In this document: positions 8,510 through 16,724 of the stretch, one piece after another
Layout of the letters: each line of letters begins with the position of its first letter
Position numbering within the stretch: the first letter of the stretch is position 1
IMG/VR virus record: IMGVR_UViG_3300047319_001136
DNA from: an uncultured virus (IMG/VR IMGVR_UViG_3300047319_001136)
Taxonomy: Duplodnaviria; Heunggongvirae; Uroviricota; Caudoviricetes; Schitoviridae
Reading direction: 5' to 3' (one strand)
Length of the DNA stretch: 64,000 nucleotides
The notes under the pieces: generated by a model
Database searches by the model: none
Seen by the model: only the letters and a program-made list of their open reading frames with translations
Told to the model about the DNA's origin: nothing
Program-made: the position numbers and the translations under genes

Positions 8510-9160
8510 TCATTCAGTTTGAACCTCCGTGCCGACTTTCAGAGCTCGAAAGGTTTCGAATTTCAGGCACAGATCGTCATAGCAGCGCAGCAGGTCTTCC
8601 TTGCCGAGCGTGCGGAAGTCGCTAAAAGTTATCGAGGGTTTGTAGTCATCCAGACCAAAGCGGGCACGGGCTTTCAGGGTCACCGAATCCCCAAGAAAAA
8701 CCGGCATCATGGGTGCAAGCAGCTGCGTCTGACGGTACTCATGGCACTGGGCCATCCACTCGTCAGCAAGCCGGTGCTGTTCATTGGTCCAGCGCCACTC
8801 CGGATGCTGGGCCAGCGTCGGACGATGAAAGTGCGAGACTTCCACATTGGTCATCCACGTCTGCTCACCCTCTCCCATCACGCTCTGCACCAGATACTCG
8901 GCACAGATACCGGTGATGCGTACCTTCTTCAGCCATGCCATGCGCCACTTCGGTTGCCTGTGGCCGGCGAGCAGGAGGAGATCCCCTTCGACCAGTGCCG
9001 GATCACCATTCAGTTCCAGCGAGACCCAGCCGGTGTGGCCACCAAAGGTACGCGGTTGCTGTTGCGAGGCATTGTCTGCGCCGTAGATCCGGCTGACACA
9101 GAAGTGAAGCAGGTAATCCACGAGCTTTTCGCAGGCGATGTCGTAGTGGTGTGCGTGCAT
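8510..9160 (-). CDS. hypothetical protein (216 aa)
   Basis: Operon-consistent ORF with GAGG Shine-Dalgarno. Confidence 0.65.
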   Translation of the reverse strand: MHAHHYDIACEKLVDYLLHFCVSRIYGADNASQQQPRTFGGHTGWVSLELNGDPALVEGDLLLLAGHRQPKWRMAWLKKVRITGICAEYLVQSVMGEGEQTWMTNVEVSHFHRPTLAQHPEWRWTNEQHRLADEWMAQCHEYRQTQLLAPMMPVFLGDSVTLKARARFGLDDYKPSITFSDFRTLGKEDLLRCYDDLCLKFETFRALKVGTEVQTE

Positions 9161-9195
9161 GGCTGTCTTCCCTCAAACATAAGTTGAGGTAGAGT

Positions 9196-9582
9196 TTACG
9201 CAGCCAGCCGGTACTCCTCTGTGGGCAAGGCCACATTACGTTTACGTGCTGCCCGTCTCTTCTGGTTCTTCAGATGGGTGACGAGCTCGAGGTGGGTGGG
9301 GTTGCAGCACAGCCGGTGATTGCACAGGTGATCGATCTGCTTCTTGCCCGGGATGTAGCCGAAGTAGTGCGTGTAGACCACCAGATGCACAGCGACCGTC
9401 TGCGCATTCAGGGACATGCGGCCATAGCCACCGCCCTTGCCTTCTCCACTGGTTGGCCCCTGCCAGATGTGACAGGGACTGGGCTTGCCGTCGAGGATGA
9501 AGCCGCGGTCTTCGACGTGCACCCGCTCCATGATCCGGTCCAGGATCGAGGCGCGGCGATCGAGGATGTCAGCTGTCTTCAT
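9196..9582 (-). CDS. HNH endonuclease (N4 gp22-like)
   Basis: CHIWQG, GYGRM and IDHLCNHRLCCNPTHLELVTHLKN motifs. Confidence 0.9.
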   Translation of the reverse strand: MKTADILDRRASILDRIMERVHVEDRGFILDGKPSPCHIWQGPTSGEGKGGGYGRMSLNAQTVAVHLVVYTHYFGYIPGKKQIDHLCNHRLCCNPTHLELVTHLKNQKRRAARKRNVALPTEEYRLAA

Positions 9583-9946
9583 CGGTGATATACGTCAGTA
9601 GCTGGTCCGGGCTCAGAAATACGACGATGCGCTTGAGCTCGTCGAGCGAGATCCGCGGCTCGGTGGAATCACCCTTGGCATCAGAGCCAAGGACCAGACC
9701 TTTACCGGTCCACGCTGCTTCCTCGCCATACAGTTCCGGCATGGCCCAGAAGCTGTCCGGGCTCGGTGACTTGAGCAGGCCTTCATCGTCGACGTAGATC
9801 CCATCGCCATCCGGCATACGTACCACGTCGACCAGATCGACGCCAAGCAGACGGTAGATGTCATGCAGGCCACCGTCCTCACCCTCTGTCTTGTGCTCGA
9901 CCTCGGTGATGGTCTTTGCGATCGGATCAATCAGGAATGCTTTCAT
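9569..9946 (-). CDS. DUF3846-like protein
   Basis: AFLIDP, IYVDDEGLL and GKGLVLG pattern. Confidence 0.7.
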   Translation of the reverse strand: MKAFLIDPIAKTITEVEHKTEGEDGGLHDIYRLLGVDLVDVVRMPDGDGIYVDDEGLLKSPSPDSFWAMPELYGEEAAWTGKGLVLGSDAKGDSTEPRISLDELKRIVVFLSPDQLLTYITDEDS

Positions 9947-10010
9947 AGTTGTCCTAATCTGTAGTCTGGAGAGTGTTCAGGGAAAAGGCCTGATCAGCCC
10001 TTTTTACGCA

Positions 10011-10325
10011 TTACAGCGTACCCCGGGTCCAGTGCTGTTCGAGTTCGTCGAGCCAGCGAAGGCGATAGGCCTGCATGTTCACGGCCGTCGTGTCGTTGAC
10101 ACTCACGCCTGCCTCGTTGCACAGCCACGATTCGAGCGAACGGTATTCACCCAGACGGCTGCGGATCATCTCCTGGGCCACCTGGTGAGTAAAGCCGCTG
10201 ATCATGCCGGCGATGCGCACATCTTCCAGTGCATGACAGAGATAGCGGCGCTTGCCGGCTGTCTCCCTCGGTGTGCTGCCGTCCCACAGGTATTGCCGTG
10301 CTGCTGCAAACGGGTTGAGGCTCAT
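10011..10325 (-). CDS. hypothetical protein (MSLNPFAAAR..., 104 aa)
   Basis: AGGA Shine-Dalgarno before ATG 10325. Confidence 0.65.
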   Translation of the reverse strand: MSLNPFAAARQYLWDGSTPRETAGKRRYLCHALEDVRIAGMISGFTHQVAQEMIRSRLGEYRSLESWLCNEAGVSVNDTTAVNMQAYRLRWLDELEQHWTRGTL

Positions 10326-10686
10326 TGCTTTTTCCTGGCTCCTTGGCCTGTATCTCTCCAGCCTGCATGTGTTGGAATAAGGGGATTCCGACCCCCAAGA
10401 AAACACCGCTTGACAACCGGTATTTCTTACTTGCAACACATCAGACAGGACGCAATTCTAACTAAATACCCCCTAAAGAGTAAACTGTTGTAAAGGGGTA
10501 TATTAGATATATATTTGGCGTGTAGAAACGGCTGAATGTGTGCTATGTCGGGGCCTTACGCTGACGGGTGCGCGTACTATCAGGGTAACTTTGAGGGGTC
10601 AGCCGGATTTACCGACAGACAATAAAATCATGTAGTTAGCTGCGGTGCACCTTCCGGTAGGGGAGCTGTCAGCTGTAACGGAATGT

Positions 10687-10720
10687 AAAAAAGCCCACCG
10701 CGAGGATGGGCTTTTTTTTA
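10687..10720. terminator. bidirectional terminator
   Basis: AAAAAAGCCCA...TGGGCTTTTTTTT. Confidence 0.85.
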
Positions 10721-10773
10721 CACATGCCGTAATGGGGTGTTACGACTTTGTGGATGATCAGGATGTTAGTCCG

Positions 10774-11103
10774 TCAGTCCATCATGTCGCCGTTGTTGGG
10801 CAGACCGTCGTTCTCCGGCTCGACCATCGTGCCGTGGTTGTAGGCAGCAGCAATGGCCGGGTCAAGCCTGATCTGCACACGCTGCATATCACGCTCGTTC
10901 TGCTTGTAGAGCAGGTCACGCACGTTCTGCTGCAGCACGTGGTTGCCGGCGTAGCCCAGCGGATCGCTGCCATCGTCGTAATGGACGGTGCCAGCATTCA
11001 TACTGCCAGCGGGAAGTGCGGCAGCCGGTGCCTGCAGGGTGGCCACACCAGTGGTGGCATTCCAGGCGAGCTGGTAGGTACCAGGCGTATAAACAGGATT
11101 CAT
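10774..11103 (-). CDS. N4 gp17-like capsid decoration protein (N-terminal domain only)
   Basis: LAWNATTGVATL...LPAGSMNAGT...VRDLLYK resembles, from memory, the N4 gp17 N-terminus; same position directly after RNAP subunit 2. Confidence 0.6.
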   Translation of the reverse strand: MNPVYTPGTYQLAWNATTGVATLQAPAAALPAGSMNAGTVHYDDGSDPLGYAGNHVLQQNVRDLLYKQNERDMQRVQIRLDPAIAAAYNHGTMVEPENDGLPNNGDMMD

Positions 11104-11194
11104 GGCTATCCCTTCGAAGGAGAGAGGTTGATCAACCAGCCTGTACATAACGTTCATGCGTACAGGCCAGCCCGAAGTTTACCTGGGTTTCCTC

Positions 11195-12388
11195 TTACGA
11201 AAGCGCGTACTCGGTGTCCAGGATGTCCTCCCAGAGCGACGCATCCGCCTTGCCACACTGCACCTTGCGTCCGACCAGCTGGCTGAGCAGGAAGTCCAGC
11301 AGCCGGCTCCTTGCAATCAGCATGAGCTGGCGGTTGTACTGCTCACGCAGGTCATTGGCATGGTTCGGCAGGCAGCGGAAGCAGTCATGGATGGTCATGA
11401 TCTGGAAAGGTTGCGCGGGCAACGATTCCAGCAGTTCACGGATCACCGCGGCATCGACCAGATCGATATTGCTGCCGTACAGGTGATCCAGGATACGGGC
11501 CGACAGGTAGCCTGAATGCTGATACAGACCCCAGAGCTGGATGACCAGCTCATCGTCCGTGTCCTGACCGGTACTGGTATCCCCGTCCAGTGCCCGCCAC
11601 ACCCGGCTGATCGTCACCGGGTCGTAGTTGCAGCGGCGGTTCATCTCCCGCACGATCATGCCGTCGATCGAGTGGATGGTGTTCGCCCCCAGACTCCTGC
11701 CCTCCTCCACGGGTGCGTTGACTGCACGGAACGTGTCGAACGGCTCGTTCAGGAAGTGCACCGTCTCCTTCACCTGGCTCATGACCTTCACATGCACGTG
11801 GAAGTTATCTGGCAGCACCCAGCTGTTGCACAGCGCCTCCGGGTTCCAGATGTCGAGGAACGCCTCGTTGAGCTCCCAGGCAGCCGGTGCCAGCTCCTTC
11901 ATGGTGTCGTAGAAGATGGCGAGCAGCGCACCTTCCCCGAACACTTCCTTGGGCACAGCCTTGGAACCATAGAGCGAGGTCATCACGGACTGCTTGACCT
12001 GATCGCGCTTGATCTTGCCCTCTTCGCCAATGGTGTCGAGCATCCGGTCATAGACGCCCGTATAGGCATCTTCCCGGTTGCCGGTGCTGACGACATTGCA
12101 CAGCTGCGCAGCTGAGCGGTCACCGGTCAGTACGGCGAGGATCTGCAGGCCGGACGCGGTAGCATCAAGCGAGACCGGGTAGCCCGACGGCTGGGCAGCC
12201 AGTGCTGCCTCGTAGGCCTTCACGCCGGCGTAGTACAGCGCCGGCGTCTCGGCGGTGGCCAGCATCTCCATCAGGCAGTCCCTGTGCTGGTCGAACCAGT
12301 CAAGGCGCTCATCCCACGTACTTTTGTCCAGACCGAAGTTGGAAGCGATATCGATTTTCAGGTATTGCAGGCCGGAGAAGCGTTGCAT
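11195..12388 (-). CDS. phage RNA polymerase II subunit 2 (N4 gp16-like)
   Basis: T7-type motif A LDATASGLQ, motif B RDQVKQSVMTSLYGS, ANTIHSIDG, and motif C IHDCF. Confidence 0.95.
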   Translation of the reverse strand: MQRFSGLQYLKIDIASNFGLDKSTWDERLDWFDQHRDCLMEMLATAETPALYYAGVKAYEAALAAQPSGYPVSLDATASGLQILAVLTGDRSAAQLCNVVSTGNREDAYTGVYDRMLDTIGEEGKIKRDQVKQSVMTSLYGSKAVPKEVFGEGALLAIFYDTMKELAPAAWELNEAFLDIWNPEALCNSWVLPDNFHVHVKVMSQVKETVHFLNEPFDTFRAVNAPVEEGRSLGANTIHSIDGMIVREMNRRCNYDPVTISRVWRALDGDTSTGQDTDDELVIQLWGLYQHSGYLSARILDHLYGSNIDLVDAAVIRELLESLPAQPFQIMTIHDCFRCLPNHANDLREQYNRQLMLIARSRLLDFLLSQLVGRKVQCGKADASLWEDILDTEYALS

Positions 12389-12419
12389 GGTGTGTGCTCC
12401 AAAACGTAATGACCAAAGA

Positions 12420-12452
12420 AAAAGCCACCGGAGTTACCGCACGGTGGCTTTT
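12420..12452. terminator. terminator between the plasmid module and RNAP subunit 2
   Basis: AAAAGCCACCG/CGGTGGCTTTT 11-bp stem with A/T tails on both sides. Confidence 0.8.
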
Positions 12453-12589
12453 GGGGTATGACGGTATTACAGGTCAGTCAGCGCGTTCGTAGTAGGCCCA
12501 TGATCCGCTTTCTTCTCTGCGCACGAGACGAGGGTTGGAAAATCCTCCTTTCGCGTAGAACTGTTCTTTTGTGATGCGTGTGTAACCGA

Positions 12590-12817
12590 TCATGATTGAC
12601 CTTTGCGGAACTTGTCGAGCAGCGCATTCAGCTGCTGCTGGTTGAGGTAGTCGATGTCCGAGATGTTCACGGGCGGCAGTGGCCTGGCCGCATCGATCTT
12701 GGAGAGCCGCTTGAGAATGGGTGCGACCTTGCGCCGGTATTCCTTGTGCAGGGCTTCAAGGATCCAGCGCAGCTCCTGCTCCTCGGTCTCGAATCGGGGG
12801 ATGTTTTCGATGGCCAC
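12590..12817 (-). CDS. hypothetical protein (75 aa)
   Basis: Follows the 86-aa gene after a 3-bp gap. Confidence 0.65.
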   Translation of the reverse strand: MAIENIPRFETEEQELRWILEALHKEYRRKVAPILKRLSKIDAARPLPPVNISDIDYLNQQQLNALLDKFRKGQS

Positions 12818-12820
12818 GAT

Positions 12821-13081
12821 TTACCCCTGGCGTTCCAGTTTGCGCAGACGCTCTTCGAGCCGGTTCTGCGTCTCGTCGTGCTGGTCCATGGTGGCCCATT
12901 GCTGGACCACCGCAGCGTGTAAGCTGGCCACCTGCTGCTCGACTGCTGACAGACGCGTCTTGACCTGAAACAGCTCGACGAACAGCTTGCCTTCCACCTG
13001 GTCAATGCGGTCCAGCACCTGATCGAGTTTGACCAGCACGATGTTCTTCGGCTCCTGCGGTGTGTCAGGTGTATCGCTCAT
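12821..13081 (-). CDS. coiled-coil hypothetical protein (86 aa)
   Basis: GGAGG Shine-Dalgarno; heptad leucine/valine pattern. Confidence 0.7.
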   Translation of the reverse strand: MSDTPDTPQEPKNIVLVKLDQVLDRIDQVEGKLFVELFQVKTRLSAVEQQVASLHAAVVQQWATMDQHDETQNRLEERLRKLERQG

Positions 13082-13297
13082 TTATCCTCCGGCTTGTCCA
13101 CCGTTTCTGTGGATAACTTTCTGTTCGGTCGGGTACGCAAACTGTTTACTTAGTAAACCAGTCTTCTCTTATTAGTGACTCTGTGGGAGACCTGAACCCC
13201 GGTTTCAGGTATCAGGTAGAGACTTATCGAACGGTCGTACGTCTCCCACAGATACGTCTCAGTGTGAGACCCATGTTACAGGTCTCAGTCAGAGACC
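13082..13297. promoter_or_regulatory. putative plasmid replication origin
   Basis: Perfect DnaA box TGTGGATAA (13108-13116), a two-mismatch box (13094-13102), an AT-rich stretch with palindrome GTTTACT-T-AGTAAAC (13144-13158), and seven GAGAC/GTCTC repeats (13187-13296), all immediately downstream of the Rep-like gene. Confidence 0.65.
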
Positions 13298-13929
13298 TAT
13301 GGCTTCTTCATCTCAGCCAATCGTCTGACCAGGATCTCCTTCAGTTCCTTGGGCAGCATGTCCATATTATCGAGCAGTGTCTGGATGTTGATCTGGATCG
13401 AGCTGTCGTTGGCGGTATTCACGTTGACCGTCAGGTTCTCGATCTGTACGATCTTCGCACCGCTGAAGTCTCCCGTCATCTTGACGTGCTTCAGTTCTGC
13501 GATGGCTGAGCTCACGCCCAGTGGCAGGTAATCCCAGCTGGCATCTGCCACATGGTTGCCCTGCTTGTCCTCGATGTCCACCTTCTCCCGGAAGATGTAG
13601 AGGTTGCCTCGGCCAACCGGTTTCTTGTCCCGGCGCACGTAGCCCATTTCCTCCAGCACATCGAGCGCCCGGTGAACCTGGGCCTTGGAGATACCCGATT
13701 CCGTAACGATCGTGGCGATCTCCGGGAAGCTGTGACCCTTGCTGAAGCTGGTATGCGCCTTGATCACCGAGTACACGGTGAAGGCATACGGCCCCATCTT
13801 GGCAACATCACCCGATGCGATCATCGACTTGAATACGTGGAACCAGCGTGTCTCGGCCTTGAATAGCTCGAGCTGCTGGATCTTCTCTGGCTCATCATCA
13901 AACAACTCAGGTACGTTGGAGGCGTTCAT
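13297..13929 (-). CDS. winged-helix protein, putative plasmid replication initiator (210 aa)
   Basis: AFTVYSVIKAH...SFPEIATIVTESGISKAQVHRALDVLEEMGYV...GRGNLY (HTH_36-like pattern); TGATG coupling to the partition gene; adjacent origin-like DNA. Confidence 0.7.
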   Translation of the reverse strand: MNASNVPELFDDEPEKIQQLELFKAETRWFHVFKSMIASGDVAKMGPYAFTVYSVIKAHTSFSKGHSFPEIATIVTESGISKAQVHRALDVLEEMGYVRRDKKPVGRGNLYIFREKVDIEDKQGNHVADASWDYLPLGVSSAIAELKHVKMTGDFSGAKIVQIENLTVNVNTANDSSIQINIQTLLDNMDMLPKELKEILVRRLAEMKKP

Positions 13930-14288
13930 CAGAAGCCCTCCTTCTCTGCCTTGGCGATCTCCTTGTCCAGCGCCGCCTCCAGCGTCTTGGCCACGAAGTC
14001 CTTCAGGTTGGGGATCTTCTGCCATGCCTTGAGCGTGTGCAGCTTGGTCTGAACCCGCTGCGGCACCTCGTAGTTGGCCTTGACCAGCTGGTCTTGGTTA
14101 TCCCAGGGTCTACGGCGGATCGGTGCGGCGTCCTTGCTTGCTTCCTTGGTTTCTTGCTTACTTTGTTCCTTGATCTCTTCCTTCATTGGTTCATTGGAAG
14201 ATTGATTGGAAGCTTCATTGCTTCCTTGCAATGACACAGGAGCCGCCGCTCCTTTACGGACAAGGGTATTGAGCGTGGGCCTAGACAT
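13929..14288 (-). CDS. ribbon-helix-helix centromere-binding partition protein (ParG-like, 119 aa)
   Basis: Overlaps the parA stop; disordered basic N-terminus; C-terminal VKANYEV strand followed by two helices. Confidence 0.7.
   Translation of the reverse strand: MSRPTLNTLVRKGAAAPVSLQGSNEASNQSSNEPMKEEIKEQSKQETKEASKDAAPIRRRPWDNQDQLVKANYEVPQRVQTKLHTLKAWQKIPNLKDFVAKTLEAALDKEIAKAEKEGF
14131..14232. repeat. 4-bp periodic array inside the partition gene (parS-like)
   Basis: tcct tgct tgct tcct tggt ttct tgct tact... about 25 tetramers in phase. Confidence 0.7.
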
Positions 14289-14925
14289 GAGCTTTCTCCC
14301 GTTTCACAGGCTTCTCGAACTGACTGAGGATGAAGGTAGCGACGTTATCCACCACGATGGCACCGGTACCTTTGTTCATCTCCTTGAATGTACGTCCGTC
14401 GATCATCGACTGCCAGTAGCCATTCAGCTTGGGAATGCTCTGAGGAATGACAGGCCCGAATGCAGCCAGCGTGCTGGTGGCTTCCAACGTGACGCCCTTG
14501 CCATTGGTCTCGTTGAGCAGGAAGAAGAACTTCTTCTTTGCCTTCTCGCACAGCTCGACAGTCGACTCAGCTGCCCGAGTATCGTGGGGTGAGTGTTTGA
14601 CTGGGATGACCACCAGGTCTGCCAGATCGATGGCGATCTCATTGATTTCATGGCTCGACGGCGGTGTATCGATGATGCACCAGGCGAAGCCAGCAGCCTT
14701 TAATTCAGCGTGTTTGCTGGGTAAATCGCTCGGCGTATCCACCTTGGCGAAGGCTGGCGTATCCGCTTTGCGGTCATTCCACCAGGCTGAAAATGAGCCT
14801 TGGGGATCCAGATCCATCGTAACGACTGGCCCTTTGCCCATGGCTTCCAGCGCCACGGCGAAGTGGGCTGAGTGTGTGGTCTTGCCGCTCCCGCCTTTCA
14901 GGCATGAGAACACGACAGTACGCAT
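14281..14925 (-). CDS. parA: ParA family partition ATPase (short type Ib / ParF-like, 214 aa)
   Basis: Deviant Walker A KGGSGKTT, DLDPQGS, IIDTPP and ADLVVIP motifs; AAGGAG Shine-Dalgarno before ATG 14925. Confidence 0.93.
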   Translation of the reverse strand: MRTVVFSCLKGGSGKTTHSAHFAVALEAMGKGPVVTMDLDPQGSFSAWWNDRKADTPAFAKVDTPSDLPSKHAELKAAGFAWCIIDTPPSSHEINEIAIDLADLVVIPVKHSPHDTRAAESTVELCEKAKKKFFFLLNETNGKGVTLEATSTLAAFGPVIPQSIPKLNGYWQSMIDGRTFKEMNKGTGAIVVDNVATFILSQFEKPVKREKAHV

Positions 14926-14931
14926 AGCAAC

Positions 14932-15100
14932 TCCTTGATTGGTTGGTTGAATGCAAACTTGCAAACTATAAACCAACCTTGGAGAGTTGCTTACTTACTT
15001 GGAAACTTGAAAGGAACCAAGGAAACAATATTACTTACTTCCTTGGAAGCTTCCTTCGTTGGTTCCTTCCTTACTTCATTGATTGGATCCCAATGAAACT
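14932..15100. repeat. 4-bp periodic array upstream of parA (centromere/operator-like)
   Basis: About 40 consecutive in-phase tetramers, nearly all W-N-N-W (tggt tggt tgaa tgca aact...tact tact tcct tgga agct tcct). Confidence 0.75.
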
Positions 15101-15159
15101 TGCACGCCAGTCCACGAGTGGGCGCCGACAGGTGCATAGGGTAGGGCAGATGTCTTTGC

Positions 15160-15342
15160 TCATGCCATCCTCTCGTTGATTGCTTCAGCGATCAGCTCGG
15201 TAAGATAAGTCAGGGACTCGTGATACTCATCCTGAATGTCCTGATGTTCCTCCGGCCGCTGAGCGCCTTTGGTCTCATGAGCACGCACAGCCTGCTCGAA
15301 TCGCTGGATTGCTTGACCCAGCTCCATTACCCGGTCACTCAC
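15160..15342 (-). CDS. hypothetical protein (60 aa)
   Basis: Overlaps the stop of RNAP subunit 1. Confidence 0.6.
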   Translation of the reverse strand: MSDRVMELGQAIQRFEQAVRAHETKGAQRPEEHQDIQDEYHESLTYLTELIAEAINERMA

Positions 15343-16163
15343 GTTGTCACCTCGCCTTGTGCGAACTCGATCACGGCTTTATTCCAAGGTGTTCCCTGGT
15401 AATTTGCATGATGGCCTTGGCAGTACGTTCGACCACGTTTGTCGTACTTGTGGGTGAAGTGGAACTCATTTCCATGTTGAATAAGGGTGTCAATGACATC
15501 CTTCGCGGTGGCGTCATACTTGTTAAAGGCCCGCACCCGACGATCAAAATCCGCCTGCGTTTCTCCATCCTTGGGTCGATCAAGGTTTCTCCATTCGTTT
15601 TTGATCATGGTGGCCGTGTCGAAGTTGATCTTGAACTTCACACGGTTCATGCGATTGATGTGGTCGAGGCACACATCATCGTCATGGTGGTTGTCCTTCA
15701 GGATGATCGAGCCACGATGGAGGAAGTAGCCCGACTGGGCGTTGTTCTTCACTTCCTGTGGCTCAACGACCATCGGCAGCGGATACTGGAAGCGATCGAT
15801 TTCAGCCTGCACATCAGCACTGATCGTGAACTTCACGATGAAGATGCGCAGGTCAGGGGACCAGTCCATCAGATCAGCCATTGCACATTTAAGCAGCAGA
15901 TCCGCACATTGCTGCGACGAATCACACAGGTGCCGCAGGCAGCCGATCAGGGTAGGCAGATCCGCACGCTTGTGCAGGGCCATCTGGATCAGCACACCGA
16001 AGCCGAAGTCTTCGGGAATACCCTGGGACTTGAAGTGCACTGCGAATGCTGGCTCAGCCATGAACTCATCGCGGATACGCTGGATGGTCTGGTTCTTCGA
16101 ATACAGACGTTCGAGCTCGATCTGGTGAGCAGCACGTTTATCATGAATGCTGGAATCAGACAT
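15339..16163 (-). CDS. phage RNA polymerase II subunit 1 (N4 gp15-like)
   Basis: QYPLPMVVEP and THKYDKRGRTYCQG (DxRGR motif); GAGGAG Shine-Dalgarno before ATG 16163. Confidence 0.93.
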   Translation of the reverse strand: MSDSSIHDKRAAHQIELERLYSKNQTIQRIRDEFMAEPAFAVHFKSQGIPEDFGFGVLIQMALHKRADLPTLIGCLRHLCDSSQQCADLLLKCAMADLMDWSPDLRIFIVKFTISADVQAEIDRFQYPLPMVVEPQEVKNNAQSGYFLHRGSIILKDNHHDDDVCLDHINRMNRVKFKINFDTATMIKNEWRNLDRPKDGETQADFDRRVRAFNKYDATAKDVIDTLIQHGNEFHFTHKYDKRGRTYCQGHHANYQGTPWNKAVIEFAQGEVTT

Positions 16164-16338
16164 GTTCGATCTCCTCTTCGAGGACAGTGACCTTGACGAG
16201 CTTGAGGATGGGCTGTGTGCCTGGTGCATTGCGCACCTTGTCCACGTGCTTCATCACGTTATCCAGCGAGCCTTCCATGACCTTGCGACCGATACCGGTA
16301 CGCAGGATGTAATGCTCGGTGCTGTGTGCAGTGTTCAC
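16156..16338 (-). CDS. hypothetical protein (60 aa)
   Basis: Overlaps both neighbours. Confidence 0.6.
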   Translation of the reverse strand: MNTAHSTEHYILRTGIGRKVMEGSLDNVMKHVDKVRNAPGTQPILKLVKVTVLEEEIEHV

Positions 16339-16724
16339 TTGAATGTTCCCCAGAAATTAGCCTGATCGAGCATGTAGGGCTTCCACGCATCATCGAACTG
16401 GCAGTTCGCCGGCGCCGTAAAGAAGAGGGGAGCGATGAGACTGTCGTGATAGCCGGCCAGTCCACAACCAATGCGGGTCACCTGAAAGGTGAGGTTTGGA
16501 TGTCCTTCCGCATAGGCCAGAAAGCCATCGATGTAGCGCGCGATACGCAATGCCGAGATGGTCTGAATTTCAAGACCCTTGGTGGGAATGGCGAACGAGT
16601 CACCATAGTGGCCATAGCTCATGCCCCAGCGTGCACCGTGCTTCTTGTAGGCAGCTGCAGCAGCGCCGGCACCATGGATGCCTGCTTCGTTGGATCCGAA
16701 GACGAAAATGGGTTTGTTGCTCAT
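16335..16724 (-). CDS. macro-domain-like phage protein
   Basis: IFVFGSNEAGIHGAGAA, SFAIPT and FQVTRIGCGLAG motifs. Confidence 0.75.
   Translation of the reverse strand: MSNKPIFVFGSNEAGIHGAGAAAAAYKKHGARWGMSYGHYGDSFAIPTKGLEIQTISALRIARYIDGFLAYAEGHPNLTFQVTRIGCGLAGYHDSLIAPLFFTAPANCQFDDAWKPYMLDQANFWGTFK

Noticed and set aside
10567..10594. GGTGCGCGTAC resembling the XerC arm of a dif site
   Set aside because: No XerD-like arm (TTATGTTAAAT) at the required 6-bp spacing.
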